This document shows, in pieces, positions 40,649-49,700 of a stretch of DNA of 64,000 nucleotides (its first letter is position 1; each line of letters opens with the position of its first letter). A program made the position numbers and the translations under genes. Source of the stretch: an uncultured Nitrososphaerota archaeon (GTDB lineage: Archaea; Thermoproteota; Methanomethylicia; Nezhaarchaeales; B40-G2); assembly GCA_964626365.1 (NCBI GenBank), contig CAZVDL010000003.1, forward strand, positions 23,783-87,782, read 5' to 3'. Below the pieces are notes generated by a model. The model had not been told where the DNA came from. It saw nothing but the letters and a program-made list of their open reading frames with translations, and ran no database searches.

Positions 40649-40738
40649 GCGGCCGTCGTCTAGCCTGGTCTAGGACCCTAGCCTCCCGACCAGCAGGGGA
40701 GCCAGCTAGTGGCCCGGGTTCAAATCCCGGCGGCCGCA
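40649..40738 (+). tRNA. tRNA-Gly(CCC) with a 15-nt canonical BHB intron at 40689-40703
   Basis: acceptor GCGGCCG/CGGCCGC, D-stem GTCT/GGAC, anticodon stem CTAGC/GCTAG, loop CUCCCG + intron + A; central helix CTCC/GGAG with bulges CG^A and CC^A; T-arm CCGGGTTCAAATCCCGG. Confidence 0.7.
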
Positions 40739-40789
40739 TCACTATTTTATAAGCATACTTCTCATGGCCAGCGGGGTTTTTAAAGCTAA

Positions 40790-41071
40790 TTGAGTAGAGG
40801 AGGTAGGAGGTCTATGGGAAGGCGATTTAGTGATCAAGAGTTGAAGGACATAATAGATATGCTCTTTAAACACTTCAATAAGCCATGGATCCTTGAGAGC
40901 GAGTTTAAGCCTTACCTTCAAGCTAAAGGGTTTACTGAAGAGGAGATTGAAGAGATATGGGGACAAGCCTACGATAAAGGGCTAATCCTAATATCTAGCA
41001 CTCCTGTTAACGGTGACTATGAATTCACCATAGTTAAACCCGAAGAGGAAGAAGAGGAAATCGATCCTTGA
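40790..41071 (+). CDS. hypothetical small acidic protein (first gene of the tRNA-Gly-adjacent islet)
   Basis: Probable start MGRRFSDQELKDIID at 40814; poly-Glu C-terminus; its stop overlaps the TTG start of the next gene (ttga), suggesting translational coupling; low GC. Confidence 0.35.
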   Translation: MSRGGRRSMGRRFSDQELKDIIDMLFKHFNKPWILESEFKPYLQAKGFTEEEIEEIWGQAYDKGLILISSTPVNGDYEFTIVKPEEEEEEIDP

Positions 41072-42758
41072 GAATATATTATGCTCATCCAATAGAAACT
41101 TATCGTACAGTCCGCGAACGTAGGGAGTTAGAAATTATTAGGGAACGCTTCCCGAAGCTGAAATAGTAAATCCTTCAATTATCCGACATCCCCATGAAGA
41201 CATCGAGTTTTTCTTAAACCTAGTGAATTCATGCGATATAGTGGTTTACAGTGACTTAGGCGGATTCATTACGGCTGGTGTAGCCGTTGAAATCGAGCAC
41301 GCATTAAGCTTAGGTAAACCGGTGTATCGGTTAGATTGGCGCACTGAAGAACTTATTAAAGTTAGTGAAGTTAAGGGCCCACTAACCATTGAGGAGAGTA
41401 GAGCACTTGCTGACGCCCTGACTTACTTAGTGTTAGATGACACTGAATTAGCTTATTTCATTAGAGGTAAGTGGAAAGGTAAGTTCATGGATACCTTAGC
41501 TGCTATCATGGCTGACCCATCTATTAGGCAGCCTGATAGGATCGTTGAGCCAGTCTTGATCAACATTCTAAGCCGATTCTACCACTGGTGGCAGGAACCT
41601 AATAACGTGGCGCTAAACGTAGACATAAAAAGGCTTAAGGAAATCGTGCAAGAGAGGCTTAAAGAGCTAGGAGAGAGAAGTCTAAGAAGCTACATACTAA
41701 AAACTCTAGGCCTCCCTAAAACAAGATACGACTATTACACTTATCTGTTGAAGGAGGAAAAAGTGAAACCTGTTGAGGCTGGAACCTTAAGAAGGCTATG
41801 CGATGACCTTAAAGTACCGTACATAGAGCTTGAAAGGAGGAAAGTATTCATTAATCCTACGTTCCCCATAGACCTCAACAAGCAAGCCCTTTTCAAGGCA
41901 GCTATTCACATCGTCAACGAAGGGTACATGAGGACCAAGACTAAGAACATTGAGTACTACAATAGCGACCCAGTGTTACATCGTTATTTTAAGCGGGCAG
42001 TTGAAGAAGCTGGAGGAGCGTTTAGCGGACCTTTTAAGGCTCATAAAGTCTTAGCGTCATACGCTGATCCACTAATTGGACGGTTAATGAATGTTATCGG
42101 GGTACCCTATGGCTCTAAGTCCATAAGGCAGCCGTTTATAGATCTCAAGCTCTTGGACGATGGTACATGGAGATATTACTTCCAAACAACGTTAACCGAG
42201 GAGGGTAACTTCCATGTTGAAGTAACTGAGCAAAATAGGCTCTCCGGCCGTATAACACTTGTAAGGACCGTGGACGTAACAGATATCCTACCTAAAAGTT
42301 TCGTAAACTCACTAGATCAAGGTTTTCATAGCATTAAAAGCGTTGAAGACAGAGCTATCCAGAAACTAATAGCTCGAAGACCACCTCTGATGTTAATGGC
42401 TGAGTACATGGAGTTAAATAGGAGGCATAGACCTATAGGCCAAGTGTATCCTTGGCGTCATCCCTTCCCTGAGAGGTTGCTTAAGACTAAGGATGATAGG
42501 GTTACGGTGCAATGGAGGTTAGAGACTAGGAGGCGGGAGCTGGTGGACTTGATCCATGATCACTACGGCATGCTCCCCGGTACGTGGAAGTCCTTGGTGT
42601 TTGAGAAGCTGTATCGGTTTTATAGGGATCATAGGGGGAGGAGGTTGTCTGAGGGTGAAGTAGAGGAGCTTTATAGGATTAGGAAGGAGTATCCGTGGGA
42701 TGTGCCTCAATGGTGGGCTGAGCAGAAGCTTCGTGAGCTTTTCGGGAAGGGGTTGTAG
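41068..42758 (+). CDS. nucleoside 2-deoxyribosyltransferase-like (NDT fold) N-terminal domain fused to an uncharacterised C-terminal region of about 450 aa; interrupted by a frameshift near 41160
   Basis: TTG-started piece 41068..41166 encodes MRIYYAHPIETYRTVRERRELEIIRERFPKLK*. Frame 3 continues ...EIVNPSIIRHPHEDIEFFLNLVNSCDIVVYSDLGGFITAGVAVEIEHALSLGKPVYRL, matching the kIYlAgP ... DsGTafElGyA..GKPV pattern. The remaining roughly 450 aa have no recognisable family. About 45% GC. Confidence 0.45.
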
Positions 42759-42761
42759 GGC

Positions 42762-43065
42762 TTGTTTAGATTGTTTGTCTACGGCTCGTTGATGGATCCA
42801 GAGCTGGTTAGGAGGCTTTTAGGTAGAGACGTGAGGGCTTTGCCGGCGAGGCTTAAGGGGTACAGGAAGGTTGAGGGGGCTGAGTACCCTACGGCGGTTA
42901 GGGATGAAGGAGCCTACATAGACGGCCTGGTCTTGGAGGGCCTGTCTGAGGTGGATTTGAGGAAGCTGGATTAGTGGGAGGATGTCTCCGAGGGTGTCTA
43001 TAGGAGGGTGGAGGTGTTGGGTAGGGGAGGGTGAAAGCCTACGTGTATGTATCGTCTCAATAAGG
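42762..43065 (+). pseudogene. gamma-glutamylcyclotransferase (GGCT/AIG2-like) pseudogene
   Basis: MFRLFVYGSLMDPELV (YGSL motif) ... LRKLD then in-frame TAG, then WEDVSEGVYRRVEVLGRGG and a frameshift before VKAYVYVSSQ*. Confidence 0.5.
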
Positions 43066-43073
43066 GGTCAAGG

Positions 43074-43394
43074 TTAATCCACTCTAACCCAGTGTTTAGA
43101 TAGGTCTTTGTAGAAGGCCTTCTCTCGCTTTTCCTCGAATTCTCTAGGTGTTAGGGCTATTATGTCGAAGCCTAGGTCTTCGCGTAGCTTCATCCTTACC
43201 TTTTCAACTCTCTCTGGGTAGTTGAGGCCTTCGAACATCTCTGAGACCACTAGGATGTCGATGTCGCTCTCCAGGGTATGTACTCCCCTAGCGTAGCTCC
43301 CGAAGAGGAAGACTTCCCCGCTTAGCTCCCTCTTTAACCTTCTAAGCTCCTCTAAGACCTCGTCACGGATCTCTGATAGCCTTGGAGACCTCAT
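43074..43394 (-). CDS. minimal nucleotidyltransferase (MNT) of a HEPN/MNT module
   Basis: GSYARGVHTLESDIDILV (GS...DxD) Pol-beta-type NTase motif; 106 aa; overlaps the upstream HEPN gene by 32 nt. Confidence 0.7.
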   Translation of the reverse strand: MRSPRLSEIRDEVLEELRRLKRELSGEVFLFGSYARGVHTLESDIDILVVSEMFEGLNYPERVEKVRMKLREDLGFDIIALTPREFEEKREKAFYKDLSKHWVRVD

Positions 43395-43761
43395 TGATCA
43401 CCACCCTGGCCGCGTTGACTGCCTCCTCCGCCTGCTCTTTAGTTATCTCCTTGGAGGGGCTCTCTAAGCCTGCGTTGGGGTACCTGGCTTGGGTGTAGTA
43501 CGCTGAGAGCCTTGATAGGTCCGAGAGCCTTAAGCTTAGCTGGGCGCCCTCTTTGACCCTGCTGTAAAGCTTTACTAGGTCGTGGCCTCGAGGGTACTCA
43601 CCGTGGACGTGTAGGATTAAGGCCTTAAGGGCCTTCTCGGCCGCTTGTTGAGCTGCGAAACAGGCCCAGTTATAGTCGCCTATCCTTATGCTGGCTTCGC
43701 CGTGTTTAAGGTCGGCTTTAGCCTCCTCTACCCAGCTTAAGACCTCCTCCCGTACGGGCAT
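43363..43761 (-). CDS. HEPN-domain protein of a HEPN/MNT module
   Basis: FAAQQAAEKALKALIL...HDLVKL...YYTQARYPNAG matches the pfam05168-type HEPN signature. Confidence 0.7.
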   Translation of the reverse strand: MPVREEVLSWVEEAKADLKHGEASIRIGDYNWACFAAQQAAEKALKALILHVHGEYPRGHDLVKLYSRVKEGAQLSLRLSDLSRLSAYYTQARYPNAGLESPSKEITKEQAEEAVNAARVVINEVSKAIRDP

Positions 43762-43848
43762 GCCGTAATCATAGGCGCCGGCGTCCTTACAAAGCTAGCG
43801 GCCAAAGCCTTAGAGGGTACTTCGTAGCTAGGCTTGGGGCCTATATCC

Positions 43849-45117
43849 TTACTCCTTGGCCAGCTTGGCGATGTAGAAGCCCGCTGTGTTGTGTAGGTGT
43901 GGGTATAGCCGCTGGGCTTTCCTGCCGGGCGTGGTGGCTATGCCTATGAAGGGGCGTTGATCTACGGGCTCTAGCCCCTGTTTACAGGCCTCCTCGACTA
44001 CGTGCTCACATTCATCCCTCGTAAAGGTGCAGGCCGAGTAAATGATGAGGGAGCCTCTGGGAGCCGCTTCAGCGGCGGCCTTTATCAGGGCTCTTTGAAG
44101 CCCGATGAACTCCTCTAGCCTCTCCTTATTCACCCATAGCTTGACCTCAGGCTCATAGCATAGCCTGCCTAGGTTGCTGCATGGAGGATCAACTAGTAGG
44201 ACCGTGGGCTTCCTTAGGCTTAGGGGGCTTAGGCGGGAGTCGCATAGGACGGTGTCGACGTTTACCTTAACTCTCCTGGCTAGCGTGCGTATTAAGGCGC
44301 ACCTGGGTGGGGAGACCTCGCACGCTACGCTGTAGTCCTCTAGCTGCGCCAGATGGGTGACCTTCCCTCCGGGGCCGCCTGTGAGGTCTACGTGGAGTGC
44401 GCCTTTAGCGACGGCTACGTGTCCTACTAGGGCGCTGGCCTTATCCTGAACGTGGTAGAGGCCGGCTTTATACTCGGGGGTCGCGGTTAAACTACCTTTA
44501 ACCTGCTTGACGAGCAACACGTCGTGTAGGTCTGAGTCGGCTTTAAGCTTGAAGCCCCTCTTAGAGAGCCTCTTAGCTAATTCCTCCCTCGAAGTGAGGT
44601 GGGTTGATACCCTAAGCCACCTGGCTGGGTCTCTTTGAAGCCTCTTAAGTAGGGCTTCAAGCTTAGGGGCTCCTGCCTTCATTAAGGCCTCCAATATCCA
44701 CATAGGCGTGGAGTACTTGATCGAGAGACGCTCGAGCCCCGTGAGATCGGCATATGCGTCCTCCACCTCCAGCCTCCCTAGAAGCTTTAAAGCCTTGGAG
44801 TCTATCCTCGAGAGCTTGGCTACCTCGCTTAAACGCGGGTCGCTAGGTGAACACCTCTTAAACTTGAGGAGGTAGACTAACACCCTAGCTGAGCATAGCC
44901 TCTCGAGAGGCAGCCCCTCGACGTTTAACCCAGCTAGCTTGAGGAGCCTATCTAGGAGGAGGTAGTTTCTTAGAGCACCCAGGGCAACCTCCTTAACCTC
45001 CGCCCTAAAGCCTGACGGAGCACCCCCATAGAGCTTGAAGGCGAGGCTCCTTAAGCTCACCTTCTCCTTAAGCGCCCTAACCGTCAGCTTAGCCGCGGCC
45101 ACCCAGGGCGACAACAT
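43849..45117 (-). CDS. NOL1/NOP2/Sun-family RNA (cytosine-C5)-methyltransferase
   Basis: SAM fold with LLVDPPCSNLG (motif IV) and IIYSACTFTRDE (motif VI, catalytic Cys); 422 aa. Confidence 0.7.
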   Translation of the reverse strand: MLSPWVAAAKLTVRALKEKVSLRSLAFKLYGGAPSGFRAEVKEVALGALRNYLLLDRLLKLAGLNVEGLPLERLCSARVLVYLLKFKRCSPSDPRLSEVAKLSRIDSKALKLLGRLEVEDAYADLTGLERLSIKYSTPMWILEALMKAGAPKLEALLKRLQRDPARWLRVSTHLTSREELAKRLSKRGFKLKADSDLHDVLLVKQVKGSLTATPEYKAGLYHVQDKASALVGHVAVAKGALHVDLTGGPGGKVTHLAQLEDYSVACEVSPPRCALIRTLARRVKVNVDTVLCDSRLSPLSLRKPTVLLVDPPCSNLGRLCYEPEVKLWVNKERLEEFIGLQRALIKAAAEAAPRGSLIIYSACTFTRDECEHVVEEACKQGLEPVDQRPFIGIATTPGRKAQRLYPHLHNTAGFYIAKLAKE

Positions 45118-45143
45118 AAGCCCGAGCTCCTAGACAAGGAGAA

Positions 45144-45232
45144 TGGGCCGGCCCGGACTCGAACCGGGGACCCGCCGCGCGTCAGGCGGCGTTCAGGCTG
45201 CTTAGTATCCTAGCCAACTAGACGACCGGCCC
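45144..45232 (-). tRNA. tRNA-Val(GAC) with a putative 16-nt non-canonical intron near the D-stem/anticodon-stem junction
   Basis: The reverse complement has acceptor GGGCCGG/CCGGCCC, a perfect anticodon arm GCCGC-CTGACGC-GCGGC and T-arm CCCGGTTCGAGTCCGGG. An extra ...TACTAAGCAGCCTGAA... segment separates the D-arm from the anticodon stem. Confidence 0.55.
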
Positions 45233-45351
45233 TCTACCATGAAAGGAGAGGGGCGCTGATAAAAAACTAACTCCGGCCCGCTGTATCGCTGGATCCCCAA
45301 CACGCAATGCATATATCCACGTGGAGGGACTGTACGTATGGAGGTTTAGGT

Positions 45352-46107
45352 ATGCCCGTAGAGAGGGTTGAGACCGGGATTCCCGGGATGGACGAGATTT
45401 TGAGGGGGGGCCTGCCTAGACGTAACGTGGTGCTATTGTCTGGTGGCCCCGGCACCGGTAAGTCGATTTTCGGTCAACAGTTCCTGTACAACGGGTTGCT
45501 TAAGGGCGAGTCGGGGGTCTTCGTGGCCTTAGAGGAGCACCCTGTGCAGGTTAGGATACTCATGTCCCAGTTTGGGTGGGATGTTAGGGAGTTTGAGGCT
45601 AGGGGTAAGTTCGCCATAGTCGACGCCTTCACGGCGGGTATAGGTGAGGCTGCTCGAAGGGAGCGGTACGTGGTTAGGTCTGTTGACGACTTCCCGGCCT
45701 TAATAGACACGCTGAGGGCGGCGGTAAAGGAGGTAGCTGCTGAGAGGGTGGTTGTAGACTCTGTGACCACGCTCTACATAACGAAGCCGGCCATGGCCAG
45801 GGGGATGGTCATGCAGCTTAAGAGGGTCCTCTCAGGCCTCGGCTGCACCTCGCTCTTAATTTCGCAGGTTAGCGTGACTGAGCGCGGCTTCGGAGGACCG
45901 GGGGTGGAGCACGCAGCTGACGGCATCATTAGGCTAGACTTGGACGAGATCGACGGTAAGCTTTACAGGAGCCTAATAGTGTGGAAGATGAGGGGGACCG
46001 CCCACTCCATGGCTAGGCACCCCTTCGAGATAACCGACAAGGGGATAGTGGTCTACCCCAATAAGTCGTTGTCAGTTACTAGGAGGAGGTTTGAGGAAAA
46101 TGAGTGA
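45352..46107 (+). CDS. single-domain KaiC-like RecA-superfamily ATPase
   Basis: [36 protein letters not shown] Walker A, followed by KaiC-type motifs; ORF-track start at 45307 is probably an over-extension. Confidence 0.7.
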   Translation: MPVERVETGIPGMDEILRGGLPRRNVVLLSGGPGTGKSIFGQQFLYNGLLKGESGVFVALEEHPVQVRILMSQFGWDVREFEARGKFAIVDAFTAGIGEAARRERYVVRSVDDFPALIDTLRAAVKEVAAERVVVDSVTTLYITKPAMARGMVMQLKRVLSGLGCTSLLISQVSVTERGFGGPGVEHAADGIIRLDLDEIDGKLYRSLIVWKMRGTAHSMARHPFEITDKGIVVYPNKSLSVTRRRFEENE

Positions 46108-46561
46108 GGAAATACCCCTATCACCTGTTGGGAGAGAGGAGATCCATAAGCTTGAGGCAGCGCTGCTTGTAGGCACGCTTTTTAGGCCTGAGGTCCTACA
46201 GGCGCTCAAAGACCCCTCTGAGCGCTTAACTTGGGTCGATTCGCTAGCTGTGGCGGCGGCGGCCTTAGCCAGGTCGAAGGCCGGCATGAGCGTGAGCGCC
46301 ATAGCTGAGGAGCTGGGTAGGACTGAGGCCACCATTAGGGGGCACTTGACCGGTAAAACTAAGGCTGGCCAGCTAGTCCAACAGACCTACGAGCGCTTCG
46401 TGAGAGAGGGGGTCAAGATAGAGGTTACCCCCGTAGCCGCCGAGGAGACAAAGGTTAGAGAGGAGCTGGAGGAGGAGCGAAGGAAACGTGAGGAGGCTGA
46501 GCGTAAGCTTCAAGAGCTATTAAAGGAGCTTGAAGGGCTGATAAACAGGTTCAAGCCTTAA
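46100..46561 (+). CDS. hypothetical HTH/coiled-coil protein co-transcribed with the KaiC-like ATPase
   Basis: Overlaps the KaiC stop by 8 nt; [22 protein letters not shown] looks like an HTH; C-terminal charged coiled coil. Confidence 0.3.
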   Translation: MSEEIPLSPVGREEIHKLEAALLVGTLFRPEVLQALKDPSERLTWVDSLAVAAAALARSKAGMSVSAIAEELGRTEATIRGHLTGKTKAGQLVQQTYERFVREGVKIEVTPVAAEETKVREELEEERRKREEAERKLQELLKELEGLINRFKP

Positions 46562-46780
46562 AACCGCTAACCTTTATCTTAAGCCTCCACGTAACGGCAA
46601 GGCAAGGGATATCTTTAAGTGGCCGGTGCTCCTTCTTTTGAGGCTTAACCATAGCCTGCCGAGTTTAACGCCCTCCATGGAGAGAGCGTCCTGGCGAAGC
46701 TAGGTGTTTTAGACAGTTATTAGAAATAGAGGAAGGCTTATTAGGACAGGAGGGTCGATAACCGAGCGGACAAGGTAGCA

Positions 46781-49700
46781 TTGGATGAAGCGACCATGAA
46801 GGCTATATTCAAGCAGGCTTGCCCCAACTGTAAAGGGGATATAGGCGACGATAGGCTGCTTGCCGGCCTACCCTGCCATCGATGCCTAGACGACAAGACA
46901 GCCTCTGAGATTTTAAGGAGGGCTGAAAGGGGAGAGGACCTTAAGAGGCTGGTGATTAAGGCCCTCGAGGACAGCGGCAGGCTAAAACACTACGTTGAGG
47001 CCGCCACCCCTCACCTTAAAGTCGAGGAGTTCAACGAGTTCTTTAAGAGGGCTGTAGGCTACCCTCTATGGAGCGCCCAGCGAACTTGGGCCAAGCGCAT
47101 CTTAACGGGGAGGAGCTTCGCCGTAGTAGCCCCCACAGGGGTGGGAAAGACTCTCTTCGGCCTAGCTATGTCAGCCTATCTCGCCTCTAAAGGCAAGAGA
47201 TGCTACATAGTCTCGCCGACCACGCTGCTAGTGGAGCAGGCTAGGAAGAGGCTCGAAGAGATCATTAAGACCTCGGGGCTCAATATAAGGTTGGCGTACT
47301 ACTCAGCGGCCCTACATAAAGCCGATAAGGAGGAACAGGTTAGGAGGATTAAGGAGAAGGACTTCGACGTCCTGATCACCACGTCGAGCTTCCTAGCCAG
47401 GAAGTTTAACTTGCTTAAGAAGTGTAGGTTCGACTTCATATTCGTAGACGACGTCGACGCCATACTCAAGGCCTCCAAGAACATAGACAGAGTGCTGGTG
47501 CTCTTAGGCCTAAGCGACGAGATCGTAGAGAAGACCCTGGAGCTGATCAAGCTTAGGAGAGAGGTGGCTAGGGCTGCTAGACATAGGGAACCTAACCTCG
47601 AGGAGTTGAGGACAAAGGCTGAGGAGCTAAGCAAAGAAGTAGAGAAGGCTGTTAAGAGGCGTAAACTGGGGCTGCTAGTAGTCTCAACCGCGACTGGTAG
47701 GGCTAGAGGCACGAGGGTTAAGCTGTTCAGGGAGCTACTGGGCTTCGAGGTGGGGTCAAGAGCTGAGGCCATAAGGAATATCCAGGACCTATACGCTAAG
47801 CCTAGAGGCGACCTGGACGACGAAGTCGTAGACCTGGTCTCGAAGCTTGGAGGAGGCGGGCTCGTCTTCGTACCGCTCGATAGAGGCGTCGAAGTAGCTG
47901 AGAGAGTCACCCAGAAGTTAAAGGAGAGGGGAGTTAAGGCTGAGCTCGTCTACGCCAAGGGAAGGAAGGAGGAGATCGCAGCGTTCGCTGAAGGCGAGAT
48001 AAGCGTCCTCGTAGGGATGGCGAGCTACTACGGCCTGCTAGTAAGGGGCCTAGACTTACCGGAGACCGTGCGCTACGCTGTGTTCGCCGGAGTACCTAAG
48101 ATGCGCTTCACCCTAGACTTAAAGGAGGCCTACCCGTCGAGGATTCTACAGCTCCTCGTCGACGTGAAGGACGCGCTAAGTGGAGACGAGCAGACCAAGG
48201 CTCTGAGGCTCATCGGCAGGATGAGGAGGCTCCTATGGAGGCTGACCCCAGCTGCCTTCGAGGAGCTTAGGAAGGCCCTCGACTCAGGCGTTGAACCCCC
48301 CAGCTGGCTAAGGCAGGCCTATTACACGGTTAAGGAGGCAGCCGAGTTCGTCTTCCAGGTCCTCTCAAGGGAGGAGGTTAAGGCGAAGCTGAGGGAGTCC
48401 TCGTACCTCTCCTTCACTGAGGAGGAGGGCAAAGTAGTGGTGACAGTCCCAGACGTGCCCACATACATACAGGCCTCGGGCAGGACATCCAGGCTCTACG
48501 CTGGAGGGGTATCCAAGGGGGTATCAGTCGTCTTCGTCGACGACGAGAGGGTCTTCAACGGCCTAGTGAGGCAGACAAGGTGGCTGGCGGAGGAGGTTAA
48601 GTGGGCTAGCATCGACGAGGTCGACCTAGGGGCCTTGATGAAGGAGGTGGACGAGGATAGAGAGCGCATAAGGAGGCTGCTCAGAGGCGAGGTTAGGGCT
48701 GAGGGCTTCGAGCCGGTTAAGTCCGTGCTCCTCATAGTCGAGTCGCCCACCAAGGCCAAGACCATAGCCAGCTTCTTCGGCAAGCCGTCGAGGAGGAGGA
48801 TAGGCGAGATCACAGCCTACGAAGTGGGCACCGGCAAGTACATACTGAACGTGGTGGCCACGGGAGGACACGTCTACGACCTGGTCACCAAGGGAGGATA
48901 CTATGGAGTCAGAATAGAGGACGGGCGCTTCATACCGGTCTACGCCACCATTAAGCGTTGCTTAGCCTGCGGAGACCAGTTCGTGGACCAAGGACACTGC
49001 CCGCTATGCGGCAGCAAGGAGTTTAGGGACTCGCTTGAAACCATAGAGGCTCTAAGGGACTTAGCGAGCGAGTTCGACTTAACCTACGTCGGCACGGACC
49101 CAGACACTGAGGGCGAGAAGATAAGCTGGGACGTCACTTGTTCGCTTAAGCCCTACTCCAACGTGCTGAAGAGGGTCGAGTTCCACGAGGTGACTAGGCC
49201 CGCCCTACTAAGGGCCTTAGAGGAGCTGAGAGGCATAAACGAAGGGCTGGTGGAGGCTAACATCGTTAGGAGGGTCGAGGATCGCTGGATAGGCTTCGAG
49301 CTAAGCAGAAGGTTATGGAAGGTCTTCGGGAGCAGACACCTATCAGCTGGTAGAGTGCAGACCCCCGTCCTAGGCTGGATCATTAAGAGGTTTGAGGAGT
49401 TCAAGAATAGCCGAAAGCTGGTCTACAACGTGCAGCTCGACATAGATTACAGGGTGACGCTTGACGACGTGCCCCGAGAAATACCCCAGGAGGAGGTTGT
49501 TCGTAAGCTTAGCGAGGCCACATGTAAGGTCGTGGAGTTTGAGGAAGTAGAGGAGGAGGTATCGCCACCTCCACCCTTCACCACCGACGCCCTCCTCAAG
49601 GAGGCTTCAGCCAGGCTTAGGCTGGGCGCGGCAGAGACCATGTCCATAGCCCAGGACCTCTTCGAGCTGGGCTTAATAACGTACCATAGAACAGACAACA

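Noticed and set aside
12940-43000. TAG might be read as a sense codon, since in-frame TAGs interrupt the GGCT-like gene and the 12940-13290 small-ORF region
   Set aside because: TAG is the terminal stop of clearly intact conserved genes here (rpl7ae at 23064-66, the regulator ending at 7501). The TAG-interrupted loci also have frameshifts, so pseudogenisation is the simpler explanation.
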